From: Escherichia phage EP75
DNA length: 64,000 nucleotides
Sequence record: MG748547
Strand: one strand, 5' to 3'
Under the pieces are notes generated by a model. The model was not told the origin of the DNA, searched no databases, and saw only the letters and a list, made by a program, of their open reading frames with translations. The stretch's first letter is position 1, and every line of letters starts with the position of its first letter. Made by a program: the position numbers and the translations under genes. Positions 54,490 through 64,000 of the stretch are shown in pieces.

Positions 54490-56403
54490 TTATTCCCCTT
54501 CCGTTTCAAATAGGCAAACGTCGCTAAACCAGGTTTTGCGGTAGTCGGCGGCCTCATCACCGAAGCCATTCTTCAGTGACTGTTGATAGCCATCGTCCAG
54601 CGTGACCGTCGTAGTATACGCATCCAGGTTGTTTAGAATACGCTTGAAGTCTTCAGTGCTGTTACCGCCAAGACCTTTCAGATATTTATTCTTCGTGATC
54701 TTCTTGGCGTCAGGTGTCTTCAGGAACTCCTCATACTCGGTGTTGTTCATGAACTCATGCATCACCTTACCACACCACACGCGCATGTATGGAGTACGAA
54801 GGAGCTTCAGCCTACCCTGACGAACGTATTCAGGCCAGAACGTACAATACAGAGTTATTAACAACCCACGGATATGAATGCCGTCGTCATCCGCGTCTGT
54901 TGCCACGACGGTCTGTGGATAGCGACTGATATCAAGCGGCTGGCCTGGCACAGCACCGCCGTGAATGGTGCATAAATTCTTGAATTCTTCGTTCGCCATC
55001 ACCTTTGAGCGCGGGGCGTTCAGGCAGTTGATGAACTTACCACGAAGCGGGAACAAACCAATTTTCTTGGTATCACGAGCGTTCAGGATAGGGTTGGATG
55101 CGCTATCACCTTCTGTCAGTAGCAGCGAACACCCACTGCGGTCGCCTCTGGCGGTCGCCGGATAATACTTCTCAATCTCACGATAATCCCGTTTGCTGAT
55201 ATCCTTCTTCGCCTTTTCAAATTCGGCATCTTCTTGTTCATTGCGTAATGAAGCCAGTTCTTTACTCAGCCCTGCTGTCACGAACTCAAGCGCCTTGCGA
55301 ATCAGTTTATCGCTGGGCTTGTAGGACGTACCAAACTGGCTCACAGGAGTCGTCATGCGCTCCTTGGTCTGGCTGTCAAAGCGAGGGTTGTTGATGTCGG
55401 CGGCGATGAACAATGACATGTGGTTCTTGATCATCGCTGGCTTCAGTTCGGTCTTGAACTTCTTAACCAGCTGAGGGCGTATAGCCGCCACGATCTGGTC
55501 AGCAACATAATCAACGTGAGGTCCACCGATGTGCGTGGCGATTGAGTTCACGTATGATGCATGCATGAACGCACCAGATGAGGGAGTGATAGCAACAGAC
55601 CAATCATCCGTTTCATCAACAGCCGAGCCAGCGTAGAAGTAATCAACGAAATGACCAAATCGATCAATGCGGATTTGCTTGCCGTTGAGAACAACCTTCA
55701 GGCGCGGGTTGCATGCCGCCACTTCGAATGCACGACGGTAAATCATGAGCAGGTTGTTCTGGTCAAGCCCCTTAACACCCAGGCGCGCATAATCAGGGAT
55801 CCAGGCAATAGTGGTGCCGAACTCTTTCGGTGTATTGCCGATGACCGGATTGGACTTCTTGCTCATGTTGTCTTCAAACAGCTGAGTATAAGACTTCTTG
55901 CCGTCACTGGTAGCAACGCGGAACCACTTTGAGAACACGTTGACGAGCGAAGCCCCTTCACCGTTCTGGCCGCCGGACTTCTGGTTGTTGTACTCCTCGT
56001 CCTCATCGTTGAAGTTGCTGCCCGCATAGAGCGAGCCAAACAACATCTCAGGGAGCCACTCATTGGTGACGCCATGCTTGACCACAGGGATACCCCCGTT
56101 GTCAGAAACGATGATTTGACCGTTCATAGGGGAGACCGTGACGGTGATTTCCGTCAAGCCTTTACCCTCAGGGGTCTTGCTGTGGTCAACACAGTTGGTG
56201 ATGATTTCATCAAACTGTTTGATCAGCGCAGGGGAGTACTCAAAGTTGTCACGGAAGATGACTTTGTCTTTGGTTGGGTCATACACCCACACCGTCCCCA
56301 CAGACGAACGGATACTGCCCAGATGACGCTCTGGGCGAAGTAGGATATGCTCTATGTGAGTGAGCTTTTTGTATTTGCGTTCAATATCAATTTTGTTGGA
56401 CAT
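54490..56403 (-). CDS. 39: DNA topoisomerase II large subunit (T4 gp39-like, GyrB-type, contiguous)
   Basis: 637 aa; TOPRIM EGDSA motif (SLLLTEGDSASN); GHKL-ATPase-like N-terminal half. Confidence 0.75.
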   Translation of the reverse strand: MSNKIDIERKYKKLTHIEHILLRPERHLGSIRSSVGTVWVYDPTKDKVIFRDNFEYSPALIKQFDEIITNCVDHSKTPEGKGLTEITVTVSPMNGQIIVSDNGGIPVVKHGVTNEWLPEMLFGSLYAGSNFNDEDEEYNNQKSGGQNGEGASLVNVFSKWFRVATSDGKKSYTQLFEDNMSKKSNPVIGNTPKEFGTTIAWIPDYARLGVKGLDQNNLLMIYRRAFEVAACNPRLKVVLNGKQIRIDRFGHFVDYFYAGSAVDETDDWSVAITPSSGAFMHASYVNSIATHIGGPHVDYVADQIVAAIRPQLVKKFKTELKPAMIKNHMSLFIAADINNPRFDSQTKERMTTPVSQFGTSYKPSDKLIRKALEFVTAGLSKELASLRNEQEDAEFEKAKKDISKRDYREIEKYYPATARGDRSGCSLLLTEGDSASNPILNARDTKKIGLFPLRGKFINCLNAPRSKVMANEEFKNLCTIHGGAVPGQPLDISRYPQTVVATDADDDGIHIRGLLITLYCTFWPEYVRQGRLKLLRTPYMRVWCGKVMHEFMNNTEYEEFLKTPDAKKITKNKYLKGLGGNSTEDFKRILNNLDAYTTTVTLDDGYQQSLKNGFGDEAADYRKTWFSDVCLFETEGE

Positions 56404-56452
56404 CGGCCTATCCCGTCAATGGTAAACACACAAGATTATGTATGGGGTTGGC

Positions 56453-57031
56453 TTATAGACCAAATTTAGTGCGCCATTTTTCCACTTTGTGTTCTATGGC
56501 ATGTTCCACTTTAACGATCGTGTTGATATGGTTTTGATTATATCCACACGCCAATTTGGCAGTATTGCGTATCAGATTTGAAACCAGGTCCACCATATTA
56601 TCTTCTGAACGTTGAGGTTGGTTCAGTAAACGAGTGATGCGGCCTTTGTAATGATTAACCATCGCAAGATATTTGTCTATAGTTTCAACACCACTGCAGA
56701 ACCAATAATCCTCCAACGTATGTTGGCTGAGATCAGTTGTGTGATTGGCCGTAGCCAAAGCAAACACCATGGAGTCAAAGATTTCTTCTTTGGTCATAGA
56801 CCCATGTTGTTGAACTTGTTGATAATCCACAACATATAATAGATCCAGAGCCGAGATGATAACGTCCGCCACTTCACCGTTCAGGGGTTCGGATGCAGCG
56901 ATTCCATAAAGCACATCTGATAGTTCACAAGACTCTTCCACGAGTTTGCAATATACAAACACAGGAGAACGATTAGGATCGCGCTGGCTGAGTTCATATG
57001 ATGTGTTGAAGATAGTTTTTAGAAAATTCAT
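56453..57031 (-). CDS. MazG-like nucleotide pyrophosphohydrolase (putative)
   Basis: LVEESCELSDVLYG ... NGEVADVIISALDLL fits E-E-x2-E ... E-x2-D spacing. Confidence 0.35.
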   Translation of the reverse strand: MNFLKTIFNTSYELSQRDPNRSPVFVYCKLVEESCELSDVLYGIAASEPLNGEVADVIISALDLLYVVDYQQVQQHGSMTKEEIFDSMVFALATANHTTDLSQHTLEDYWFCSGVETIDKYLAMVNHYKGRITRLLNQPQRSEDNMVDLVSNLIRNTAKLACGYNQNHINTIVKVEHAIEHKVEKWRTKFGL

Positions 57032-57528
57032 TTCAAATATCCTTCTAGACGGAAGCGGTTAATATGCTGTATGATAAAATCCATAGAGTTTTGAAAACTG
57101 TATTTCCCCTGATGCTCATATGCATGAATAAGGGGAAGACGGCTGTGGGCCAATTGGAATCTCAACTTGGATGGCATTGTCAGCAATTTTTGACTCGTCG
57201 CTGCGATAATGTCTCGTTTAAATTTGGGATCATCAGGGGACAATACAACGATGCGTGACTTGGCCAGGGTTTGTCCAAATTGCTTGGCGTCGTTCCCGTA
57301 AAGACTACGCAAGTCGTCGTGGCGATATTTTAGCCAATACCAGTAGCCTTCTATTGAGTTGAAATTACCATCAACAGTATCCATGGGATGGTATGCAAAA
57401 TGGGAAAGGAATCTGCCTAGTTCTGTGCGACTTCGACTGTATATGTTGTAATGGGTCTTACCTTCACTATCCGGCGTCATACGTTCTTTTGGAACATTGA
57501 GTAATGGGAGCATGATATAGGGTCTCAA
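57028..57528 (-). CDS. hypothetical protein
   Basis: 166-aa ORF. Confidence 0.45.
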   Translation of the reverse strand: MRPYIMLPLLNVPKERMTPDSEGKTHYNIYSRSRTELGRFLSHFAYHPMDTVDGNFNSIEGYWYWLKYRHDDLRSLYGNDAKQFGQTLAKSRIVVLSPDDPKFKRDIIAATSQKLLTMPSKLRFQLAHSRLPLIHAYEHQGKYSFQNSMDFIIQHINRFRLEGYLK

Positions 57529-57556
57529 ATCAAAATTGCTGTGTGTGTGTGTTAAA

Positions 57557-57748
57557 TCAGATCTTTTTGTACGCTTTCAAAGCACTAATAACCGAGACGC
57601 CGCCAAATAGAACTAACAATATGAATCGTTCCATCCTGAAATCAGGAAGGGAAAGCAGTCCCACAAGGCTGTCTAAAGCAATCATGAACGTTACTCCAGT
57701 CAGCATGCCCAACTTAAAGGAGTTGGAACCTCTTTTGCAACGTAGCAT
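57557..57748 (-). CDS. small membrane protein
   Basis: 63 aa, two hydrophobic segments. Confidence 0.35.
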   Translation of the reverse strand: MLRCKRGSNSFKLGMLTGVTFMIALDSLVGLLSLPDFRMERFILLVLFGGVSVISALKAYKKI

Positions 57749-57794
57749 AAATCACCTCCGATTCAAATGGGGAGTTCTCTCCCCACACAGATAT

Positions 57795-58304
57795 CTAGCC
57801 CAGAAACACTACTAAAGTCAAATTTGTGAGACTGGTCCGAGCATCCTGCAACATTTCACGGGCAGCGGCTAAACGTTTTACATCATGTAGAGTGTCAGAG
57901 AACACGATTATGTTAGCCTTATCGATCCTGGTCCCCATGAAATGGGTGATTGTCGTCGTGCTCTCTTTCTTGTCGACATCAGGGATAAGTAATTCTTCGC
58001 CCGTCTGAGGGTTGCGGGAAGGATAGAAGAATGCATCACGTTCACGAGAAGTATGGAAGACGCCAAACACATATGCATCGTTTTCGACCTGAAACTTTTT
58101 AGAAAGTAGTTTCTTCAGAGCGGCTGTATGTCCGGTCTGGCGGAGCATTCTGTAGTAGAGCATGTTGCCGGAGCAAATAGGGTCTATCACTCCCCTAATT
58201 TGACGTTCCTTTTGTATCTCATACGCATCTGCCACAAGCTGCTGGATCATATCGACATGGGCATTCATGGAGATTTCTATTTTACGTTTGATCATAGATT
58301 GCAT
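57795..58304 (-). CDS. hypothetical protein
   Basis: 169-aa ORF. Confidence 0.45.
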   Translation of the reverse strand: MQSMIKRKIEISMNAHVDMIQQLVADAYEIQKERQIRGVIDPICSGNMLYYRMLRQTGHTAALKKLLSKKFQVENDAYVFGVFHTSRERDAFFYPSRNPQTGEELLIPDVDKKESTTTITHFMGTRIDKANIIVFSDTLHDVKRLAAAREMLQDARTSLTNLTLVVFLG

Positions 58305-58391
58305 TTGGTATATCCTCAGTTAGGTTCCGCTCATGGGGAACGGGTCCATTATACACCCAATGCTGGAAATGAAAAAGAGGCCGAAGCCTCT

Positions 58392-58613
58392 TTAATCGTC
58401 GTATTGGCCTGTCCTGAAATTCCATTTTCGCGCCTTGGATAAATCCAAATCTTTGAAAATGCTGCCAAAGATCTTTTTAAAATCAGACTCTTCTTCAAGA
58501 TCTTTTGGTTTTTTGACAGGCTCCTTAACCATACCGCCTTCGGGTTTCCCCACATCGGCGGTCGTGGTTGCCGGAGCAGAAGAGTCTTCAAGGAAATCCT
58601 GGAAGCTCTTCAT
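58392..58613 (-). CDS. hypothetical protein
   Basis: 73-aa charged ORF. Confidence 0.35.
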   Translation of the reverse strand: MKSFQDFLEDSSAPATTTADVGKPEGGMVKEPVKKPKDLEEESDFKKIFGSIFKDLDLSKARKWNFRTGQYDD

Positions 58614-58616
58614 AAA

Positions 58617-59438
58617 TTACACCACAGCCATTTCACAACGAGTAGACGTGACAGAATGGCCATCTGCATCAGAAACAACACACCAATATTCGCCTTCATT
58701 TGCGGCTTCAACTGCTGTGATAACCAGGTTAGCAGTGGCGGCGGTGGCATTAGTGCCAGCATCGATAACTGACCCCGCACCCCCAGGAGTATCAGAGAAA
58801 TGCCACACATAAGTGTATGGAGTTGTACCGCCCGCAGCAACAACACTAAAGGTTCCGTCTTGTCCAGAAGTCACGTCTTTGGTGGCAGGTAAATCAGTCG
58901 ACAGCGATAGAGCGCCTGCAACTGTAATAACCGTAGAATCTGTGTGATTCCCTTCAACCGTGACACCATAAACCGTTACAGTTCCTGAAGCCAGCAATTT
59001 GAATTTACCACCACCGACATGTACAGCTTTCGTAATATCACCAGAATACCAATTAACGCCTTGATATGTGGCATTGGCAGGGGATACCGTCGCTAGCAAT
59101 TCAACAAATTGTCCGACCTCTCCGCTGGCTGTAGCTGGAGTAATCACAAGTCCGGTGGTTAAAATGGCATTCGGATCGTGGATTTCATAAGATACTTGAA
59201 AGCCGATAGGCTTGGTGGGATCCACTTTGGTGACACCGTCCGCTTGTAAATTGCTCTTGGTGAGCAGAGCGTCAAGACCTTTACATTCGGTCAGGATCTC
59301 ATCAGGATCTTGGTTGAGGCTGGTCTTTTGCCAACCCTTTGCAACACCCGTCACGACATGATTGCGTTCGGTTTCGGGTTTGTTGCGGACAACTTCCGGT
59401 GCGACTAATACTGTGATTGTTGGCATGGTTTCCTCCAC
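58617..59438 (-). CDS. Ig-like domain protein (Big_2/Ig-fold, Hoc-like)
   Basis: ATVSPANATYQGVNWYSGD (Big_2-like) and YTYVWHF ... GEYWCVVSDADG (Ig-fold Y-x-C signature). Confidence 0.5.
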   Translation of the reverse strand: MEETMPTITVLVAPEVVRNKPETERNHVVTGVAKGWQKTSLNQDPDEILTECKGLDALLTKSNLQADGVTKVDPTKPIGFQVSYEIHDPNAILTTGLVITPATASGEVGQFVELLATVSPANATYQGVNWYSGDITKAVHVGGGKFKLLASGTVTVYGVTVEGNHTDSTVITVAGALSLSTDLPATKDVTSGQDGTFSVVAAGGTTPYTYVWHFSDTPGGAGSVIDAGTNATAATANLVITAVEAANEGEYWCVVSDADGHSVTSTRCEMAVV

Positions 59439-59797
59439 TCATCCAAATCGTTGTTCAGAGCCATCATCAGCTCATTATCTGGTTCGTATGAACCGGAACA
59501 TAAATCATCTCGCCAAACTCCTAACGTCAACAGCGCTGCTTTAAGACGAGGATGTTGGTTCTTATCCGTTTTCAACACCAACATTCGGCACACGGCTTCG
59601 GTTTCAAAGGTATTGAAAAGAATAATCAATTGGTTGATAAGTACGCGAGGACTTTTCCCTGGCACAAATCTTTTCAATGATTGATTAATTAGCGAAATTC
59701 GCTGAATGTCTACCATCAAATCATCTCTTGAGACACCAGGGGTGATATAATGTCTTAGAGCGTACTCCATCAAATTGCTTTCGTCAACGATAGCCAT
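59405..59797 (-). CDS. hypothetical protein
   Basis: 130-aa ORF. Confidence 0.4.
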   Translation of the reverse strand: MAIVDESNLMEYALRHYITPGVSRDDLMVDIQRISLINQSLKRFVPGKSPRVLINQLIILFNTFETEAVCRMLVLKTDKNQHPRLKAALLTLGVWRDDLCSGSYEPDNELMMALNNDLDEWRKPCQQSQY

Positions 59798-59829
59798 ATT
59801 GAATTATAATCAGCAGTTATACACTGGGA

Positions 59830-60243
59830 TTATTTAATCTGCAGTTTTTCAGTCAATTGCGAGATTATTTCATTACGGTCAGTCGCGTCGATACCCAGGG
59901 GTTCCGCAAGTGTCTTAAGATCATTGATATCAAGCAAAAGAAGAACTTCAACTGTAATATCGGTTGATACCACAGTACCTGGTTTCATAGGTTTACCGAA
60001 TTTATCTAACCCATAACGGCGCAAAGTTCCGGCAAGTCCGGTGAGTTCCTCTAGAAGCTCCTTAGAGCCGTCTTTATATTCACACACCCAACCGTAGTCA
60101 CCAGCGTAGACAATACCGCCGTCGCCGCCCTGAGGCACGTTATCCACCACGCGTTGCAGATAACTGGGAAGTTTATTTTCTTCCTGTGCAGTGATTTCTT
60201 GAATGGTTTGAGTGTTTTCAATTTTCTTTTGTGTCTTCGCCAT
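59830..60243 (-). CDS. hypothetical protein
   Basis: Internal start MAKTQKK; 137 aa. Confidence 0.4.
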   Translation of the reverse strand: MAKTQKKIENTQTIQEITAQEENKLPSYLQRVVDNVPQGGDGGIVYAGDYGWVCEYKDGSKELLEELTGLAGTLRRYGLDKFGKPMKPGTVVSTDITVEVLLLLDINDLKTLAEPLGIDATDRNEIISQLTEKLQIK

Positions 60244-60523
60244 GATCAGTTCTCCTATAGACTGTAATATATTTACCACAACAATTGCAGCAATAAACAT
60301 GCATGGAATATCCGTCGTCGTTAAAGTCACAGCCGCCACAACGACAAAATAATTTCACGAACTGGTCGCCTATGACTTCTCTCGGAGGAAAATTCCTGAA
60401 CGAGTATTCCTTGAGTTCTCCATCAAATTGGAATGAATCAACAAGGAATTTTGTTTTCCGGCGTAATGAACCAAATGCTTGTTGTTCATACACGAAGTAA
60501 ACATCTCTAGTTTCCATATTCAC
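60218..60523 (-). CDS. small Cys-rich protein
   Basis: 101 aa, CRCGGCDF ... CCNCCGKY. Confidence 0.35.
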   Translation of the reverse strand: MNMETRDVYFVYEQQAFGSLRRKTKFLVDSFQFDGELKEYSFRNFPPREVIGDQFVKLFCRCGGCDFNDDGYSMHVYCCNCCGKYITVYRRTDHGEDTKEN

Positions 60524-60569
60524 CTCAAAGAAAAGGAGGCCGAAGCCTCCCTTTTATATCCATTTACAC

Positions 60570-62153
60570 TTACTTGTATAGACCTTCAACATCAATGGAT
60601 TTATGTTGGCGGTTGTATTCCGTGGTGTAATCGTCTAATACCAGATATTCACAGCAGCGGATTTTACTGGAGCCATAATCATCAGTGATAGACACGATAT
60701 CTTTCGGGTTCAGTTTGCAACGGACAACGCGTTGTCCCAGGCTACCAAAACATTGTTTCAGATAAGCCAGAGAACAAACGTGAAGACCGTAAGAGCACAG
60801 ATCTTTGTTGTTATCGTTCACGAATGAGCGAGCCATCCGAACAATGGTGCCAGGAGCATTACTAACTTTTCCTGTGCGCTTGTCCATGTAGTTACCGCGA
60901 ACGGATTTATACAGGATGATATCACCGTCTTCATGAATTTCGATATCCGAATATGCCATGAATTCATAGATTCGACCGGACTGAACCAGCGCGGCGCTCG
61001 GGTTTTGGAACATTTTGTCCAGAAAACGACCCAAGCGTTCTAAGTTCGGATAATCGCCTTTTAATGCCAGTGCCAAAATGCGTTTGGCGACGGAAGTTCC
61101 CGTGATGTCATAGCCACCCCAGCGAACACGATTGTCTGAAAGGTCAACCATGCCTGTGGTGAATTTGCTGATGGCTTCACGCGGTTTCATCAGAGTGTAC
61201 GCTGTTTTGACGTCACGATTTTTAATCGCTTCAACAATACGATCATACGCCTGATGGCTTGTGGTTATCGTTTCCGGTTTGCCATCCATAACGATAACGA
61301 TGCTTTCCGGTAAAATCATGATCTGGTGCTCATTCAAGAACACTGACAGATCTTTTTCTTTAAATGAGTTTTGAGTTTGTTTGTCGCCAGACTCTTCCTC
61401 AACAGCCGTTGTCTTAACCGAGAAAACAACAGACGACAACGCCAGTCGAAGTGTACGCCCCAGAATTGCGTCAAAGTATCCCACACGCCGACGGGCATCA
61501 AGGGAACCGCGCATCGGGTATGTTTCGCCGTCATGTTGTACACTGATTACCACGCCGTCATTGACTTTGGTAACGCCATCAACCAGTGCTGTCGCCAATT
61601 CGGCCAACGGAGAAATGTTTTCTTCATTGAAGCGGCTTGACCGAGTTTCTAACGGTTTCAGTTCTTCGCTTCTGAAAAGTTTGGCCTGAATAGCAGCAGA
61701 GCTATCGTAACGCATACAGATAAACACTGTTTGGTTTTCCAGGAAACGGCCAACATACCATTCTTCGCCTTCAGAATCGACAGACACCGAACCTTCCAGA
61801 ACTTCATAGGTGTCGGGGATTTTCCCTTCTTCAGTCAATTCTTTAATTGGCGAAATCACGACCACGTTATTAGATTCTTTGATGATACGAACCATCAGGG
61901 CGCGGGCAATTGTTTTGGCACTGACGCCATAAACTGATGCCAGAGAAGAATTGCTTTCACCTTTGCTGCTCTTGGTTTGTATTTCTTGAATCTGTTCAGT
62001 GGTCAGAGACTTAATCGAAGCTGGATCCACTCCCAGTTCTTTATCCGACACGCGTTGTATCATTGAGCGCGGTACGCCCAATTCACTGGCTATTGAACTT
62101 TGACTTCTGTTCTCATTCAACAGCTTGAGAATACGTTTTTCTATAGCATTCAT
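60570..62153 (-). CDS. hypothetical protein with N-terminal helix-turn-helix-like segments
   Basis: 527 aa; SQSSIASELGVPRSMIQRV and SLASVYGVSAKTIARAL resemble HTH motifs. Confidence 0.5.
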   Translation of the reverse strand: MNAIEKRILKLLNENRSQSSIASELGVPRSMIQRVSDKELGVDPASIKSLTTEQIQEIQTKSSKGESNSSLASVYGVSAKTIARALMVRIIKESNNVVVISPIKELTEEGKIPDTYEVLEGSVSVDSEGEEWYVGRFLENQTVFICMRYDSSAAIQAKLFRSEELKPLETRSSRFNEENISPLAELATALVDGVTKVNDGVVISVQHDGETYPMRGSLDARRRVGYFDAILGRTLRLALSSVVFSVKTTAVEEESGDKQTQNSFKEKDLSVFLNEHQIMILPESIVIVMDGKPETITTSHQAYDRIVEAIKNRDVKTAYTLMKPREAISKFTTGMVDLSDNRVRWGGYDITGTSVAKRILALALKGDYPNLERLGRFLDKMFQNPSAALVQSGRIYEFMAYSDIEIHEDGDIILYKSVRGNYMDKRTGKVSNAPGTIVRMARSFVNDNNKDLCSYGLHVCSLAYLKQCFGSLGQRVVRCKLNPKDIVSITDDYGSSKIRCCEYLVLDDYTTEYNRQHKSIDVEGLYK

Positions 62154-62185
62154 CTTGTAGTTCTCACTGTGGGGTAATGGGGCTA

Positions 62186-64000
62186 TTATGCCCCGAGAAT
62201 ACGTTTTGAAATAGCCTTCACAAATCTAGTGGCATCTTCAATCGCGTTGTGTGCCGAAGGCTGATATGTTGACATCATGAATTTCACCAAACGATGACAT
62301 TCAACTCGGTATCGGTTTTTGGCCTTTTGCTTTTGAGATATAGTGCTAGTGACCTTTATCTCATCAAATCCTTCAGCAGTTAATTTTTCATTCAATAAAT
62401 CAACAACTTGAGTTAACTGGTTACAGGCGCGGAAAAATCTCGTAGTTGAGAAAGGCATTTCTATATGATAATGTAATTCCTCAACAGCCTTGCGGAAATA
62501 ACCGTACCCCGATCCAGACGGATTTCGTTTGGCCAGCATACGAACAATCTTCCATTCTTCTTCAGTGATTTGTTGTTTCGCATAACCGATGATTGCTTTT
62601 GCCCTGTGTTGATGATGGGCATAGCCATCCGTAACTTTTCCATGGGAATCAATCAACAGCTTGGCACCATAATCAATGCGATGAGACATGATGTTTATGC
62701 CCTTGCGAAGTTTCAGGAGTTTCTTAGATTCAAGCGCCTGAAATTCATCTTTATAATGCTCAAGCAACATATCAAACACTGCGTCAATGGGGATGAATAC
62801 TTCAGGAAATTTCTTCATCATCGGAACAGATTTACGACGCGCAAGAACGATTGTTGGATGTGCTCCCAGCAAATCAAACAGGTTTTCGTTTCCATTCTCG
62901 CCGAACTTCGTTCTTTCCATCGCTTCACGCAAATGTCCAGCCGTGGATTGTCGTAAGGTATTACCATGAATTTTATGGATACCTTCTCGGCCAGATACTT
63001 CGATATATACGATCTTTTTGCCCGAATCAATAATATCTGAAACGGTTTTTCCATCTAATTCATAAACGCTGTCGAAGTTAAATGAATTGTAATGGAAACT
63101 AAACATCCCAGGATCTTTTTCAACGGTCGGGCGAACATATTCCATTTCATGCATGAAATAGACTTCATCCGGATTGAATAAATCGCCAAAGACCTCGATC
63201 AGTTTATCGGCAAAGACCAGGTAGTCCGGCGTTGTTTCTTGTACACCGATCCATGATTCAAAATAAGACTTCAATTCCTCATGGTTGGTAAATGATTCTT
63301 TATGTGCCGCCAGCTGATTCCGATTACTGAAATAATTTTCATTCGGTTTGACGACGATAACGACATTGAAGTTATTGCGTGCTGTTTGTATCTTCAGGTT
63401 TCGAGCACGATTCGAGTTATCAATAATAACAGCAATTTTTGATTTAGATTTCAACCAATTTCCGACAGAGTTCACATAAATGCTGTCGTGTACTACACCG
63501 TTGTCGTGTACTTCAATTTCGTAAGGACTACCAATAGACCGGAAAGGTGCATCCAAAGAGTAATCGCGCACGACGTCCGGCGCTCCGATATAACGGAACG
63601 TGCCTTTGTAGAAACGGTTATCTGCAGGAAATTCTCGCTCCACTAATTTACGGAAACCGCTACCGAACATATCAGTCAGCTGAGTCTTTTTCATATACAA
63701 CATAAGAGGACCCATTGACTCCGCTTGGCGAAGTTCATACATCTTCGCTTGCATGATATTTTCGGCCACATGCTTGAACACGCGGTTCAGGCTTTCACGA
63801 GTGAATTCGTCGTATGACAAGTCTTCGCGTGACGGCGGTACATTCAGTTCTCCAAGTTCGAAGAAGGTATAGGAACTCGGGAATTTTTCCAGCACGGTGC
63901 ATATTTCAGAGTCCAATTGGTCGAGATCTATCGGGTAAGAAACCCCGCCCATGACAGCATAGTGGATGTTGTCGGAATCTGACTTCGGTTGGATATATGT
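62186..64000 (-). CDS. large hypothetical protein, probably truncated by the window end
   Basis: Frame remains open upstream of the first Met (63952) to the window edge. Confidence 0.5.
   Translation of the reverse strand, partial: TYIQPKSDSDNIHYAVMGGVSYPIDLDQLDSEICTVLEKFPSSYTFFELGELNVPPSREDLSYDEFTRESLNRVFKHVAENIMQAKMYELRQAESMGPLMLYMKKTQLTDMFGSGFRKLVEREFPADNRFYKGTFRYIGAPDVVRDYSLDAPFRSIGSPYEIEVHDNGVVHDSIYVNSVGNWLKSKSKIAVIIDNSNRARNLKIQTARNNFNVVIVVKPNENYFSNRNQLAAHKESFTNHEELKSYFESWIGVQETTPDYLVFADKLIEVFGDLFNPDEVYFMHEMEYVRPTVEKDPGMFSFHYNSFNFDSVYELDGKTVSDIIDSGKKIVYIEVSGREGIHKIHGNTLRQSTAGHLREAMERTKFGENGNENLFDLLGAHPTIVLARRKSVPMMKKFPEVFIPIDAVFDMLLEHYKDEFQALESKKLLKLRKGINIMSHRIDYGAKLLIDSHGKVTDGYAHHQHRAKAIIGYAKQQITEEEWKIVRMLAKRNPSGSGYGYFRKAVEELHYHIEMPFSTTRFFRACNQLTQVVDLLNEKLTAEGFDEIKVTSTISQKQKAKNRYRVECHRLVKFMMSTYQPSAHNAIEDATRFVKAISKRILGA

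Noticed and set aside
54490-56403. Translational bypass or split gene 60
   Set aside because: The large topoisomerase subunit ORF is uninterrupted across the ATPase and TOPRIM regions.
1-64000. tRNA genes and CRISPR arrays
   Set aside because: No cloverleaf-compatible 70-90-nt segments with T-loop consensus were seen in intergenic regions, and no regularly spaced direct repeats; the only tandem repeat is the 2 x 16 bp at 33851-33882.

Overview
This window looks like an early/late mosaic from a T4-like myovirus (Straboviridae-type gene content), read entirely from sequence without any database search. Recognisable replication and nucleotide-metabolism genes include primase (gene 61-like), helicase (gene 41-like), UvsX, SSB (gene 32-like), DNA ligase, class Ia ribonucleotide reductase NrdA/NrdB with an NrdH-like redoxin, dCMP deaminase, a gp1-like dNMP kinase, and topoisomerase II subunits (39 and 52-like). 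Three minus-strand blocks carry virion genes: a gp5-like hub/spike with a CHAP domain, a gp25-like wedge protein, and a tape-measure-like block at 38.4-43.3 kb. Lysis genes are an endolysin and an SLT-like transglycosylase. A free-standing GIY-YIG homing endonuclease sits at 43.4-44.1 kb. The most interesting candidates are (i) a compact pyrimidine cluster at 26.9-29.8 kb in which a PNK-like P-loop kinase overlaps an extended thymidylate-synthase-family enzyme that appears uracil-type, and (ii) a minus-strand accessory island at 44.7-52.7 kb carrying a QueC-like PP-loop ATPase, a macro-domain protein, a DEDDh exonuclease, a HAD phosphatase and a metallophosphoesterase. Intergenic regions show hairpin terminators, promoters with a TTTAC(T/A) -35 box, three TATAAATA-type late promoters on the minus strand, and a recurrent TTCAATAA motif. 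No tRNA, rRNA or CRISPR array was recognised. All product calls rest on motif recognition and T4 synteny; about half the ORFs are hypothetical.
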